A model generated the notes under the pieces. That model did no database searches. It saw only the letters and a list, made by a program, of their open reading frames with translations, and was not told the DNA's origin. Below are positions 1 through 12,403 of a stretch of 64,000 bases of DNA, one piece after another. The stretch spans positions 53,694,001 through 53,758,000 of the forward strand of contig NC_058368.1 of the NCBI RefSeq assembly GCF_018350175.1, in the 5' to 3' direction. This DNA is from Felis catus. Taxonomy: Eukaryota. Position 1 is the stretch's first letter; each line of letters starts with the position of its first letter. The translations under genes and the position numbers were made by a program.

Positions 1-1002
1 AACCAAAGAGACGTTAATGATAGTTTCATATCATTTGGTTAGAGAATTAGTTAATTTAGTTTCTCTGGTGCTCCTATGTGGGAATTAAGGCAACAGTATT
101 CTATTTACCCATTCTAATATCTACTTCTATATATTTTTGTGAGTTAAATTCTACCTTGTGTTGCCAGTTAAGGTCACAAAAATGACGCAAATGATCTAAG
201 AAAGGCAATGCTACATATGTAAGTATGAGGGGAAAGAGGAGTCCCTAAAAGGTGGCCACTTAAAACACTTTCCTGAAAGGATGTCAGATTCTCATCAGAT
301 CCTGATCTCCGAATGGACTATAGTGGCACATACCACCCTTAGAGGACAGACCATTGGCTTCATATTTGTTGAGATAAGGAAATGTGAAGGGCAATGCATC
401 TGAAGTCAAATGACCTGCATGTGAACTTCAACCTTGCAATTTAGCAGCCACCTACACCTAAACATTTTTTATACCTAAATAACAGTAATACTTTACCTAA
501 ATTTCAAAGAGTTATTGCAAATAATAAGGGAAGTGATAGATATGAAAATACTCTGCAAATTACAAAGGCTATTCCAGAGGTTCCTACTGTAGTTCTGGAT
601 TCCCAGTTATGCACTCACCTACCCTTCTGGGCTCTAGTGAAGAAGAAACACTGAAACCAAGGGGAAGGGAATCAACAATATTAATGGAGGTCCAGTTCTT
701 AAAGCTGTGGATCCCAACTAAAGTTGAATCAAAGAATTTGGCAAGAGCCTAAGGCCAAACCAAGAAGCCTTCTAATATGGGTCCCCCAAATGAGACCTTG
801 CAACTGAGCTGGATCTGCAAATCAGACCCTGGCCTGTGGCGTGGAAGGTCCTGTCCTCTCTCTCCAATCTCAGAGAAGGCAGACAGTTTATTCATTTTAA
901 AGTTATTTATTATCTTATTTGAATTGTGAAATATAATATCTGAGGAAATAAATAGCTGTGTATGTTAATTAATTGAACATTGCAGCAGAAATTAATTTTG
1001 GA

Positions 1003-1232
1003 GAGGCGCCTGGGTGGCTCAGTGGGTTAAGTGTCCAACTTCGGCTCAGGTCACGATCTCACAGCTGGTGAGTTTGAGCCCCATATCGGGCTCTGTGCTG
1101 ACAGCTCAGAGCCTGGAGCCTGGTTCGGATTCTGGGTCTCCCCTCTCACTGCCGCTTCCCTACTCACACCCTGTCTCAGTCGCTGCCCTTCTCTCAAAAA
1201 TAAACATTAAAAAAAAATAGAAAACAAAAAAA
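1003..1232 (+). mobile_element. CAN-SINE (SINEC_Fc-type)
   Basis: GGCGCCTGGGTGGCTCAG head, tRNA-derived A/B boxes, CT-rich tract, AATAAA and A tail. Confidence 0.95.
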
Positions 1233-1960
1233 AGCTTTTCAACACAGAATTTAAGGCTCTACTTCTATGGAAACAACTTCATTCCCCTTTAAAATAAGAA
1301 CTTACTTAGCAATTCCAGAGAACAAGGTCTTATAGGGAAACAAAATTTGGAAAAACATTCTCAGCCAATACTCCCCCTTACCAAATGCATTTCTGTGCCC
1401 ATCATTTTCTAAGCCAATAAGGTACAGTAGAGTTAATGGATGAATTCTAGGATGTAAATTAAATGTTAAAATATTAATAACATATTTCTCTGATGCCTTT
1501 TTTTTTAGAGCTTTTATTGTTCACTTAGATTGAAGACCAGTTTCATGTTGTATTATTTTTCATGTAAAATTCTTGAAATTTAAATAGGCTACTCTTGAGT
1601 CTAGTTCAGGTTAGTGGCTGCCTCACAATGGCTGGGTTCATTTAGACATCCATCTATCATACTTTTAATATTGTTTGATAATCTATTTAAGCCACACAGG
1701 TGCCAAATAAGCTCATGAACTGTGAGAAATTTCCAAGGTAATGTATAATCATGTCCAACATTGTAAATAAATACAAAATTGACTTTATAAACTGTTGTCA
1801 GCTGTTGAGTCAAAACTAATGACAAATCTTAAAGTAATCTTTGGCAACCATCTAAAATAAATTTATATTATTTACTGCTACAAAATGTTTAGTGTATATG
1901 ATTTTTATATTCTGGCATTATCTTATTTGTGTTTTATATACTTTCAGCTGAGTATTTTAG

Positions 1961-2161
1961 TTTTGTTTTTTTTTTAATGTTGAGAGTGACAGAGAGTGTG
2001 TGTGTGGAGAAGGGGCAGAGAGTGAGGGAGAGAGAGAATTGGAAGCAGGCTTTATAGCCAGCTTGGAGCCTGAGTCGGGGCTCAATTTCAGGACACTGAG
2101 ATTATGACTTGAACTGAAATCAAGAGCCGACGCTTAACGGACTAAGCCACCCAGGTGCTCC
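1961..2161 (-). mobile_element. CAN-SINE (older subfamily)
   Basis: Reverse-strand SINE ending ..AGCCACCCAGGTGCTC; TSD TATTTTAG at 1953-1960 and 2162-2169. Confidence 0.9.
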
Positions 2162-2859
2162 TATTTTAGGTTTAATATCAATGTCATTTAGCAGATAAAA
2201 ATGATGTATTTAAAAAAAAATGTATTTATACTAATAATGAAGAGATTTTTCTGAAGCTGAAAAAACAAGCTCTCTCCCCATCTCTCTAGCATTGAATGTA
2301 TAAGATATTTCTTAAGAGATAGAAGACATTCTTCTTTTAGAAAATAATGATACAGTCTTGATGGAGTAAAGAGTTGATATTAGTGAAAATTAATTAGTAC
2401 AGACTGTGTTTCCTGCACTGGCTTAAATTTATTTGGAAGAGCAAGTCTTCTCTTCTGTCTATATTGGAAGTTTTTCTTTCTCGTGTTCTCTTACTCTTTC
2501 TGGCTATGCTTATGGGACGACAACACATCTAGTTGAAACATGAAAATTTGGAATAGCCCATGTTTTTTTATATCTTTGTATCATCCATATTTGATTACTT
2601 CTCATATGGATCTTGCTTTATGTTTCATTTTTACAAAGAGTTTTAAGCTTAACTCTGGAGTAGGTATTATTTTCACATTATATAGGTAAGGAAACAATAG
2701 TTGTGTCTTTTACCCTTTTTAAATACTGGCTTGTCAATATTTTCTTCATGGCGGTGCTTTATGTATTTTATATAGGTACATGTATACAAATTTAAAAATT
2801 AAGATATATATATCTTGATACTAAATAAAAAATAATTAAGATCTGTATACATATTTATA

Positions 2860-3340
2860 TATATACATGCACAATAAGAAGAAGAAATTGTAAGCAACTT
2901 TATTATAATAATTTAGCAACTTCTATGAAATGAGAAAATTCCTTAAAAATCAAATTACCAAGGGGCGCCTGTGTGGCTCAGTCAGTTAAGCATCTGACTT
3001 TGGCTCAGGTTATGATCTCTTGGTTTGTGAGTTTGAGTCCTACTTCGGGTGAGCACGAGCTCCACTTCAGGTGAGCCCTGCTTCTCTCACTCCCCCTCTC
3101 TCTTTGCCCCTCATGGGAATCTCTCTCTCTCTTTCTCACTTGCTCCTTCTCTCTCTCTCTCAAAAAAAAAATTGACTTACCAACACTGACATAACAAGAA
3201 ATAGACAAATCAGAATAGTCCTATGTCTGTTAATGTAATCAAACCCATAATTTAAAACTTCTCCAAAAGAAAACTACAGGCCCAGAATGGCATCATCAGG
3301 GAAGACTGATAAATTGGACATCATTAAAATTAATAACTTG
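2860..3340 (+). mobile_element. Ancient L1 (L1M) ORF2 fragment interrupted by a SINE
   Basis: Degenerate L1 ORF2-like sequence (..GAAATGAGAAAATTCCTTAAAA..TTACCAA | ..ACAAGAAATAGAC..AAAAGAAAACTACAGGCCCAGAATGG) continues across the SINE. Confidence 0.65.
2962..3171 (+). mobile_element. CAN-SINE
   Basis: GGGGCGCCTGTGTGGCTCAG head, (CT)n and A tail; degenerate TSD ending TTACCAA. Confidence 0.9.
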
Positions 3341-4003
3341 AATTAGTTAAAATATTTATATTATAAATAACTTGTATATGTACATAATATTATATATATG
3401 TAGAAAACTAATATCTAACTCTTATTGCCTCTTACCCCCTCTCCATCTTTCTTTCAGGCATCTATTAACTAACATATTTTCATTGTTAAGATTTTTCAGG
3501 ACACTGTAATCTGAACCTATATCCTCTATGCTTTATTTAAACATTGGTTCTAAAATTGAAAAGTAATAGAGTGTTCATAATGTAGTAGTATGTATGTATT
3601 TTTATCTGAAGAACCAAATAGTATGATTTGATGCACAGAGAAAGAAATAACTCTATGTCACTAAAAAATATCAAACTCAGATTCTTTTTCTTTTGTTTGT
3701 ATTTCATATCATCAAATGCTCAAAATCATTTCTCAGTTTTGTTTCCTGTTTGAATTATAACTTTTTTACTAAGCTTTCCTCTCCCCTGAAGTTTTCAGTC
3801 ATCTCTATTCTTACTGACATGAGAAACATGCTTACATCATGTCAGTAAGAAGTTTAAACTTCTTAATCATGCCATTTGTCTTGAAGTTCTTCCAAAAATT
3901 CTGCTATTTGGAGTTCTGACTTGCAGTTTTAATTTGGTCTAACTCATTTCTTGACTTGCTGTAGAAATCCTATAATTTGTTTTCACTGTACTGTATATCT
4001 TGA

Positions 4004-4006
<3 letters not shown>

Positions 4007-4050
<44 letters not shown>
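4007..4050. repeat. (TA)n microsatellite
   Basis: Uninterrupted AT dinucleotide run. Confidence 0.98.
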
Positions 4051-4053
<3 letters not shown>

Positions 4054-4069
4054 GATAGATGTCATCTTG

Positions 4070-5160
4070 GGAACATTTTGTACTTTTCTGGAGAACATCT
4101 TCAGTAGATTTTTTTTTTCCTAGAAAGATACATAAACAGGTTTCTCAGGCTTTTGTATATTAGGGAATATCTTTATTTAGTCTCTATTGTTACCTCGAAG
4201 TGAGTAGAATCAGTCTCCCACATGAAATTGGTTTAAATGTTGAGAGAGCGATGATGTCCTACGCTCACCAATATGGTGGGAAACATTTATTTCTCACATA
4301 ATGAAGCCTTCTGAGGAAATAGCAGGCAAGATACCCAAGCCAGTCGGAAGTGTCTTGAGTGAAAGTTACAGAGTAAGGCCATAGTGAAGGTGTGAACATC
4401 TTGCCAGTCCCAAGGGAGGTAGTGCTTAGTCCTGTTTATAGGTTTGCCTGGGTATGGGGCCAGGAGGGGGTGTGGGGGAGAAAGAAGGGTGAAGACTGAA
4501 AACTGTCAGGGGTAAAATGTCAAGAATGGAGTCAGATTCTTGTCGTATCCTCATACTAAAATAACAGTTTACCTGAATGTACAACTTTACATTGAAAATC
4601 ATTTGCCTATTGAACCTTAAATATATTGCTACATTTTCTAAGCATCTGCTACTGATGAAAGTCTGATGATAATTTCTTTATTGATGAAATACTTACATTT
4701 TTCTCATAGAAACTTAGTAGATCCATTTGGGATTCTCAGAATTCTGAAACTTTACTATAAAGTGCTAAGGTATAGGTATTTTTTTCCATTCATTTTGTTT
4801 GACACTTGGTGTGATTCCTTTCAGTTTGGTACTTATGCTGTATTTCAGTTCAGAGGAAAAATTTCTGTCAATTTTTTTTTGGATTTTATTCTCCTGTTTG
4901 TTTTCTCTCTTCTCTCTGGAGATCTTCTAGGGCCAGATTTCATGCCCACTGGATATGTCTGTTATTTCTCTGAACTTTTATATTTATATCTCTGCTCTTT
5001 GTTGTGTAAGTTTACCTCCACTCTTTAGCCCTTCTAGTATGAAAAATTTGCCAGTCTTATGTTGAAATTGCAAGAATTCTTTCAAGTTATCTGGTTCTTC
5101 CCTTTTCACAGTAACCTGTTCTTGTTTTATGGATAAACTTCCTTATGAACTTTGAGGATA
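4070..5160 (-). mobile_element. Ancient L1 (L1ME-like) fragment interrupted by an LTR
   Basis: T-rich degenerate L1-like sequence on both sides of 4188-4547; family from recalled similarity. Confidence 0.45.
4188..4547 (-). mobile_element. Solo ERVL-class LTR (MER74/MER54/LTR53-like)
   Basis: The minus strand begins ..AAGAATCTGACTCCATTCTTGACATT.., contains AATAAA and ends ..GGTAACA. It resembles the recalled ERVL LTR consensus; subfamily uncertain. Confidence 0.6.
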
Positions 5161-5562
5161 TTGCATCAGTTATAAGTGTGTTTGGCCATAAGCAGTAGAA
5201 AATCCAACTATAGTAGCTTAATAAACAAAGGGGTTTATTTGTCCCTTGAAGCAAGAATCTGGGGGATAGGCAGACTGAAGTTGATATAGTAAAGAGAATC
5301 TCTCCATTTTAGGGCTCTGCCATGTTTAACATGTGGGCCTCTTTCCTCATGCTTATCTCTTCATGGTCATAAGGGAGGTACTACACTTTTAGACATCTTT
5401 TCACATTCCAAAGAGCAAGAAGTGATAAAGGTAAATGACTGAACTGAATCTATAATTTTTCTTTATCTAAAAAATAACTATTTAAAAAAACTCCCCTTAA
5501 GGCTAAATGGGTGTGTGTGGTAGGGGGGACAAACAAAAGACTCCCCAGAAAGTTCTACTCCT

Positions 5563-5795
5563 GGGGCGCCTGGGTGGCTCAGTCGGTTAAACGTCCAACT
5601 TCAGCTCAGGTCACGATCTCACGGTCCGTGAGTTCGAGCCCCGCGTCGGGCTCTGGGCTGATGGCTCAGAGCCTGGAGCCTGTTTCCGATTCTGTGTCTC
5701 CCTCTGTCTCTGCCCCTCCCCGGTTCATGCTCTGTCTCTCTCTGTCTCAAAAATAAATAAACGTTAAAAAAAAAAAATTAAAAAAAAAAAAAAAA
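5563..5795 (+). mobile_element. Young SINEC_Fc
   Basis: Most CpGs intact, long A tail, perfect 15-bp TSD AGAAAGTTCTACTCC at 5547-5561 and 5796-5810. Confidence 0.97.
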
Positions 5796-5894
5796 AGAAA
5801 GTTCTACTCCATGACTTATATATCACTGTCCAGAACTGGGCCACATGGCTGCCACAGACCAATAATTGGAAGGTTTTTAAAAGAAGGAATGGCA

Positions 5895-6101
5895 GGGGTG
5901 CCTGGGTGGCTCAGTCAGTTAAGCATCTGACTCTTGATTTCGGCTCAGGTCATGATCTCACAGTTTATGAGATCAAGCCCCACATCAGGGCCTGCTTGGG
6001 ATTCTCTCTCTCCCCAACCCCTCACTCTGCCCCTCCTTGCTCCTGCTCTCTTTCTCTCTCAAAATAAATAAATAAACTTAAAAAATATATAAAATAAAAC
6101 A
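5895..6101 (+). mobile_element. CAN-SINE (older, internally deleted)
   Basis: GGGGTGCCTGGGTGGCTCAG head; TSD TAAAAGAAGGAAT(G/T)GCA on both sides. Confidence 0.9.
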
Positions 6102-7628
6102 TAAAAGAAGGAATTGCAAATGGGACTCTGTTAACTAACCAACAGTGTCCAGCAATGATATTAATTGGAATTTTAATAAATGTTCTACTCTTTGAATTGT
6201 CTCTTTTACTCTATTGCTGTTTCTCAAGTAACTAGTCGTACTTGGTGCTACTTGTAGCTAAAGGATTAGCTTGAGAAAGTTTTGTCTGTTTTCAAATTAT
6301 TTTTCTTATTTCATGTATTTATCATTTATGCTAAAGTTAAGATTTTTTCAAGTTTTGTCATGTTTATTCCAGCATTTGTTAGTTTGAAAACTTTATTACT
6401 TTATTACCTTAGATGGTGGGGCTATAACAGTCACAATTCTCTGAGTTCTGTATGAGGAAAACTTCTGACTTTACCTGATTACCATAGCAAGCTCTCTCTT
6501 TAATTAGATGGAAACTGGTCAGCTCTTCACCATGTGCCCTCTCCACTCTTCACTGTGGATATGTGATCTTGGTTCCTATTTAACTGTGGATCTTTGCCAA
6601 AAAAATTTGAAATGAACCAGAACAGCTCATTTTCCAAAGTTTGCAAAAAGTTTAACTTACATTTGTTTTCATTATTTTCCCTTTTTCATGGGCTTCTGGG
6701 AAGAATCTGCTTTGGGTTTTGAGTTTTGAGGGGAAGGGAGGAAAAAGAAATAAAAAATATTGTGGAATTGGGCCAAAAGAATAAAAAAAGGTAAGGGTAT
6801 TCTTATTGAAAGTTTTGCCTCCTTGAATTAGTATTGTTTTACAAGTATGGGTATTAATTTTGTTTTTATTATCCTTAAGCTTTACTGGTTCATAAAATCT
6901 GAAGTAAATTTAGAATAATAGGAAGAAATTGAATTAATCCTACACATAACAAGACAGGAACTGAGATATAATTGAAGGTGGAGCATGGGAGGAGAGACGA
7001 TGGTTGTTAGAAGAGAAGCTCCAACATATTTGAGCCTGTGCTAGAAGGTGGGGGGGGGGGACCATATTAAGACAATCTTAATCATAGAAGCTCAGTAAAC
7101 ATGTATGCCTAAGGTAGATTTGAATGAACATTTAGACTTTGAAATGTTTATCTAAGTGGTGAAATCCATAAGCTTTGTGTAGGATAAGCCTTAGAATTCA
7201 CCCAGATATGGTACCTATATAGTCTGGATTGATTGGGATAGTTTTGATTTCATATGTATTATTTTCACTGAATTATTTTGTTAAATATAACTGATTACAT
7301 TTAATGTGTATTCACAAAAGATGTTACATATCAACATTTATTTTAAAATATTTTGTCAAGTTATGTACACATAGACCAAGTGACTACTGGAAGAACAAAA
7401 AAATGTGAACTTGCATTCCAAAGATTATTCAAGTTCACTTGACAGCAGAGGCAGGGTTTAGGAAGGGAAAGAATTAATGTTTGAGCAACTACTTTGTGTT
7501 AGCAACATAGGAGGCCATTTATATACATCATCATTTTTAATCTTACAACTTTTGAAATATCTGTATTTTAAGTGTAAGAAATCTGAGAACATAAGTAAGT
7601 TATTCAAAGTCAGAGTTAGGTCAAGAGG

Positions 7629-8025
7629 TATATTAATTTGCTAGGGCTATCAATACAAAATACCACAGGCTGAGTGAGTGGCTTAAACAACAGATTCTGG
7701 AGGTTGGTAGTCCAAGATCAGGGTGTTGGCATGATTAGTTTTTTGTTTTTTGAGACTTCTCTTCTTGGTTTGCAAATGCTGCCTTTATCTGGTGCCTTCT
7801 CGCCATATTCTCAGATGGTCTTTCCTTTGTGGGTGCATACCCCTTGTGTCTGTGTGTGTGTATAAATTTCCTCTTATATGAACACCAGATTGCATTAGGG
7901 CCCACCCTAATGGTTTCATTTTAACTTGATCAAGTCTTTAAAGGCCAAATACAGTTACATTTGAGATATTGGGGATGAGGACTTCAACATAAGACTTTTG
8001 GGGGGATGCAGTGTAGCTCATAACA
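7629..8025 (-). mobile_element. Solo MaLR LTR (MLT1A/B/C-like)
   Basis: TATTAATTTGCTAGGGCT..ACAAAATACCACAG..GGCTTAAACAACAGA and ..GGACTTCAACAT..CATAACA termini; near-perfect 5-bp TSD AGAGG/AGGGG. Confidence 0.85.
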
Positions 8026-8504
8026 AGGGGACAAATGTATTTAGGAATTGTGAAATGGTCATCAGTCGTGAAGGTTTTCTTTCTTTTCTGGTCTCCTCGT
8101 GTTGTGCAATATAGAAGGAACACACGGCTGGAGGGCACATGAATTCGCAACCATTTACCCAGCATACGTGTAGCCCGAATACAGAAATGGGTCCAGCTGG
8201 GGTGGGTAGAGAGGACTGCCATACTCAAAAGCCTTATGCTAGAATATTTAGCCCAGGGGGAATCTAGAAAATACTTAGTCTGAGCTCTTCCCTTTACAAA
8301 TAACGAAATAGAAGTCCAATTATGAAATGACTTCCCGAATATCATAAAATTAGTGGTGTAACAGAGCTAACATTTTTATAAGCTATGGTGTGCTATTCAC
8401 TGAGAATATATTCAGTGAATAAATACAAACATACTCATTTACGTGTACATATATGTAAATATATAGTATATAAAAATAAAATGTCTTCTAATCCCTAAAG
8501 TGAT

Positions 8505-9008
8505 TTTTTTTTAAGAAAAACACAGGACTTTATTATTCCCATTACAGAGGGCAGGTCTTCGCAGGATGACAGCGGGGACGAGGCCCCTACTTGCCGGCGA
8601 TGAGCGGGTTCCGCAGGATCAAGATGACAGACGGAGTCTCCGCACAGGAACATCTTGGAGATGTGGCGGTCCTTGTTGACTGGCTCGGACTTCTTCTTGC
8701 CCTTGTCGCTCTTGGGGACCTCGGTCCACATCTCCTTCACATTCTCCAGCACCATGTTGCAGTGCCTGTCAAAGGCCTTTGCACGGCCCAGGAGCTTCTT
8801 GTTGTTGCGGCAGTTGATGAGCACTTGGGTGTTGTTCTTGACCGACTGTGTGAGCACGGAGAGTGGACCCGTGTTACGCTCTTCCTCCTCCCGCTTCTGC
8901 AGCTCCTCGGGGGCTATCTCACCCTTGGGCTTGTTGAGGAGGCTCATGGTGGTAGTGGCTGTGCTCCCAGGTCAGTGCCGTCTCCTCCGTGTTGCTCCTG
9001 CCTCCCCT
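8505..9008 (-). pseudogene. SNRPD2: Processed (retro)pseudogene of small nuclear ribonucleoprotein Sm D2
   Basis: The ORF at 8947 reads MSLLNKPK...[54 protein letters not shown]..., matching Sm D2. It is intronless. CDS homology spans 8587-8947 = 361 nt, i.e. 357 + a 4-nt insertion near 8626-8629, and the native C-terminus (..LRNPLIAGK*) lies in another frame. Also present: AATAAA at 8529-8534 (minus), a short poly(A) at about 8504-8512, about 60 nt of 5'UTR, and TSD TAAAGTGAT at 8496-8504 and 9009-9017. Confidence 0.97.
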
Positions 9009-9129
9009 TAAAGTGATATTTGAAGGTAGACTTTACTCTCTGCATTTTACTGATTACAAAAAAAAAAAAATCCTGCAGCTGAGATTTAACTTTTTTTTAA
9101 TGGATACACTTTTTTTCTTTCAGCCTTAG

Positions 9130-9338
9130 TTTTGTTTTTTAAGTGTTTGTTTATTTATTTTTAGAGAGAGAAAGCATGAGCAGGGGAAGAGGCAGAGAGA
9201 GAAAGGGAGAGAGAGAGACCCAAGCAGGCTCCATGCCCAGCAGAGTGTGATACGGGATCGATCCCACGACTGTTAGATCATGACCTGAGCCAAAATCAGG
9301 AGTTGGATGGCCAGCCCACCAAGACACCCAGGCACCCT
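9130..9338 (-). mobile_element. CAN-SINE
   Basis: Reverse SINE with (GA)n tract; TSD AGCCTTAG at 9122-9129 and 9341-9348. Confidence 0.9.
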
Positions 9339-11851
9339 TTAGCCTTAGGATTTTTTGAATCAGTAAAATGGAGGTAGTAAAGACTACTTTCACATGTCAT
9401 TTTAAGTTAGAAGACAGTTTTTAAAAATATAATATATAAAAATATATATTATATATATAAAAATATATAATATCTATACAGTTGTATAGACACACACATC
9501 TCTAGATACAGGTATAGCTATATAGATGTTTAGTCTCAGAGTGAAGAGTTTACAAAATCTCCAGCAGAGAGAGAGTGTCCAAAAAATTCAGATTCTCACA
9601 TGTGAGAACATGCTAATTGACACAAAAGAAAGTATCTCCTTGTCACTTTTTTTCACATGATTGTATAGCCGTGACAATTACAATGATATGTGACTGAAGG
9701 CCTCGCTAACTTGACGGCTAACTTGAGTTCGTTTTGTTTCATTTGTTTTTTGAGCAGAGAGGCTGATGGTTTCAAGTTCTGGCTGCTCCCTCCCCCACCC
9801 CTAACCCGTGAGGTGGTTTAAAGAGATTGTGGCTGAAGGAGACAAAAATTTGTCATATCTGAATCTTCTTTTCTCAGGGAGCTGTATCAGCAGTCTATGG
9901 GGACCAACTGTGTCTTTCCCTGAGAAAGAAAAATAAACTTGCTCTGTTAAACTGTGCAAGGCCCTGTTCAAGTCCCAGCTTCTTCTCTTGAAATTGGGCC
10001 TATAGGTGGCAGCAACTGTTAGCTATTGAGCTTGGTGACAAGTGCCAAAAGTTCTCTTGAAATACTTCGAATAGTTTAAATATTCTTGGATACTTGAAAA
10101 TGAAATTTTCTCTAGATAAGAAAGTGAAAGGTCAAACTTGAGTTGTAACTGTTGAATGATTCATACAATATAGCCAACATTAAATAGATTAAAAAGTTGT
10201 AGTGGCTTAAACATTCTACATTTTAGAAGTTTAAGACGTGATGATGGTTGGGTTCAGTCTTTACGATCTGTGGCTGCTGTGGCCAGATTGCTTATCCTTT
10301 GCTCTCCATGGTTTTGTGTAAAGTAGATTTTTGAAACTTGATTATTCTCCAATCAGTTCCTCTGTGCTTACCATTCAGTAAGAGTTAAGATTTCAATTCA
10401 TGTACTGTCTGTTTTACACAATGAATGTGCCATAGGAACATTGAATATAATTCAAGTTTCCGCACATCAAACAATGCTTACATGCATAAAGCAGTTTATA
10501 CCTTAGGGGTAACTCGCAGGGAAAATCCTACTGCAGTTTGAATCATTTCATAATAACATAGTAACTTTTGTTGAGAGTTTGGAATTCTGTTAGTGTTCCT
10601 AGATGAGGGGCACCTGTATTCAGTAATGCCTCCCAAGACTCCATTAGGTTCTGGAAGAGTTGAGGCGATACGGACTTTAGCTGGGTGTCTTCAGGTGACT
10701 GCTAAACCATATCTTGGCATGACTAATCTGAACACATTAATCATCCTTATGGTTTATATAACTTGCGGCTCAGTCTGTTGGGGAGACAGTGGGTTGCATC
10801 AGCCCCGTTTCAATCAGCTGGACCCAGCCTTTGTGTTAACTCATTCTCAAGAGAATTTAAAAAGTTGCTGCTCCTCTGACTAGACTTCTTAACCACCCCC
10901 CTCCAAGAGATCATACAGAGTACAAGACTAGTTGCTTCTAACGCAGACCTTTGACTACCCAGCAAAAACGAGTTTATTTGATTTAACGATTTCTAAAGGG
11001 AATTTTTTATGTGAATTATTTAGTTGGGCTATTTCTGTCGTGTAAAGAAAGTGTCCAGTTTTCCTTTACTCTCCTAATCAATTTGAAGAAAAAGTCTTGT
11101 CACTTTGGAAACATGAGTTTCAGTGCATGCCAACAGTGAGACTCACTGAATCCGAGTGGATGGTTAAAAATAGTTTGGAATAGATGCATCTATAGTATAG
11201 ATGTCTGTTAAATTTAAGAAAAACGAGGCAGGGCCTGGTAATACTCATAAATTGTCATAATAATAGTCATAAATAGTCATGATTTGATTTTGAAATAAGA
11301 TGGCAGAAACTCTAAATTGAGGGGGGACAACTGAATGCCTTTTGTACTGGAGCTTGTGGGAGATAAAAATCAAAGGGTTAACTTCCTTCTTTGGGATTAG
11401 CCTGCAGTGCATCTCTTAGAGTTTTTTTGGTTTTATTTTTGTTTGTTTTTGCTTATTTTTTGTTTAGTGTGCTGTATGGAGGGAAGAGGATATAGAACAG
11501 ATACGTAGATACTGACCTACAAAAGCAGTGTTCTATATAATCAAATCAGCTATAATGTCTAGAATACTGAGCAGAAGTTACTAGGTGCCTCAAGAGAATG
11601 TGTTGGAAAACAAAAGTATCACGTGCCTTTTAGGGCACTGATGAGGGAAGAGTCCAATACAAGGCAAAGGTGGAGAAATGAAAGAAAGTGCTTCAAACAG
11701 ATGGGCATTTTTTACAGAGAACTTCCTTGTTGTCCTTGCACTCGAAAATACAGTATACTGTGTTTAATCCTTTAATCCTTATCTTTAAAGATAAGGATTT
11801 GTCCCAATGATGATTTTATTATTGTTCCAAAGCTTATTTAAAATTTAACAA

Positions 11852-11854
<3 letters not shown>

Positions 11855-11892
<38 letters not shown>

Positions 11893-11968
11893 TATATAAT
11901 ATATATATTATATATATATATATAATATATATATATATAATATATATATATATTATATATATATATAT
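11855..11968. repeat. Imperfect (TA)n microsatellite, about 114 bp of pure A/T
   Basis: TA run with occasional AA/TT interruptions. Confidence 0.97.
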
Positions 11969-12201
11969 GGATTTCTTTAAAAGATTTTTTTAAAGACTCC
12001 TGCCTTTCTATTTTTTGACTTCAAGTTTTATTATCACTAGGTAATACTTGGCCTGTTTCTATACAGGAAACAATATTTAGCAGAATTAGTACTTAATAAA
12101 CCGTTAAGTTCCAGGTCCGTTCTCTCCTCTGTAACACATAGGCTTCTCTTGTATCCTTGGATTCGGTCCTTATTACAAATTCCCTGTACATAGTGCATAT
12201 T

Positions 12202-12403
12202 TTTTTTTTTAAATTAAAAAAAAATTTTTTAATGTTTACTTTTGAGAGAAGAGTGTGAATGGGGGAGGGGCAGAGAGAGGGAGCGGAGGATCTAAAGTGG
12301 GCTCTGCAGAGAGCCCAATGTGGGGCTGAAACTCACAAACTGAACCGTGAGGTCATGGCCCAAGTTGAAGTCGGATGCTCAACCGACTGAACCACCCAGG
12401 TGG
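12202..12403 (-). mobile_element. CAN-SINE
   Basis: Reverse SINE; TSD GTGCATATT at 12193-12201 and 12404-12412. Confidence 0.88.

Larger units (their letters stand above)
5163..6150 (-). mobile_element. Old MaLR LTR (MLT1J/K-like) interrupted by two SINEs
   Basis: Motifs ..AGTAGAAAATCCAACTATAGTAGCTTAATAAACAAAGGGGTTTATT.. and ..CACTGTCCAGAACTGGGCCACATGGC.. are typical of old MLT1 elements. Confidence 0.6.

Noticed and set aside
8591..9016. Two + strand ORFs (141 aa and 118 aa) over the SNRPD2 retrocopy
   Set aside because: These are antisense shadow frames of a GC-rich coding sequence, with no recognisable product or independent signals.
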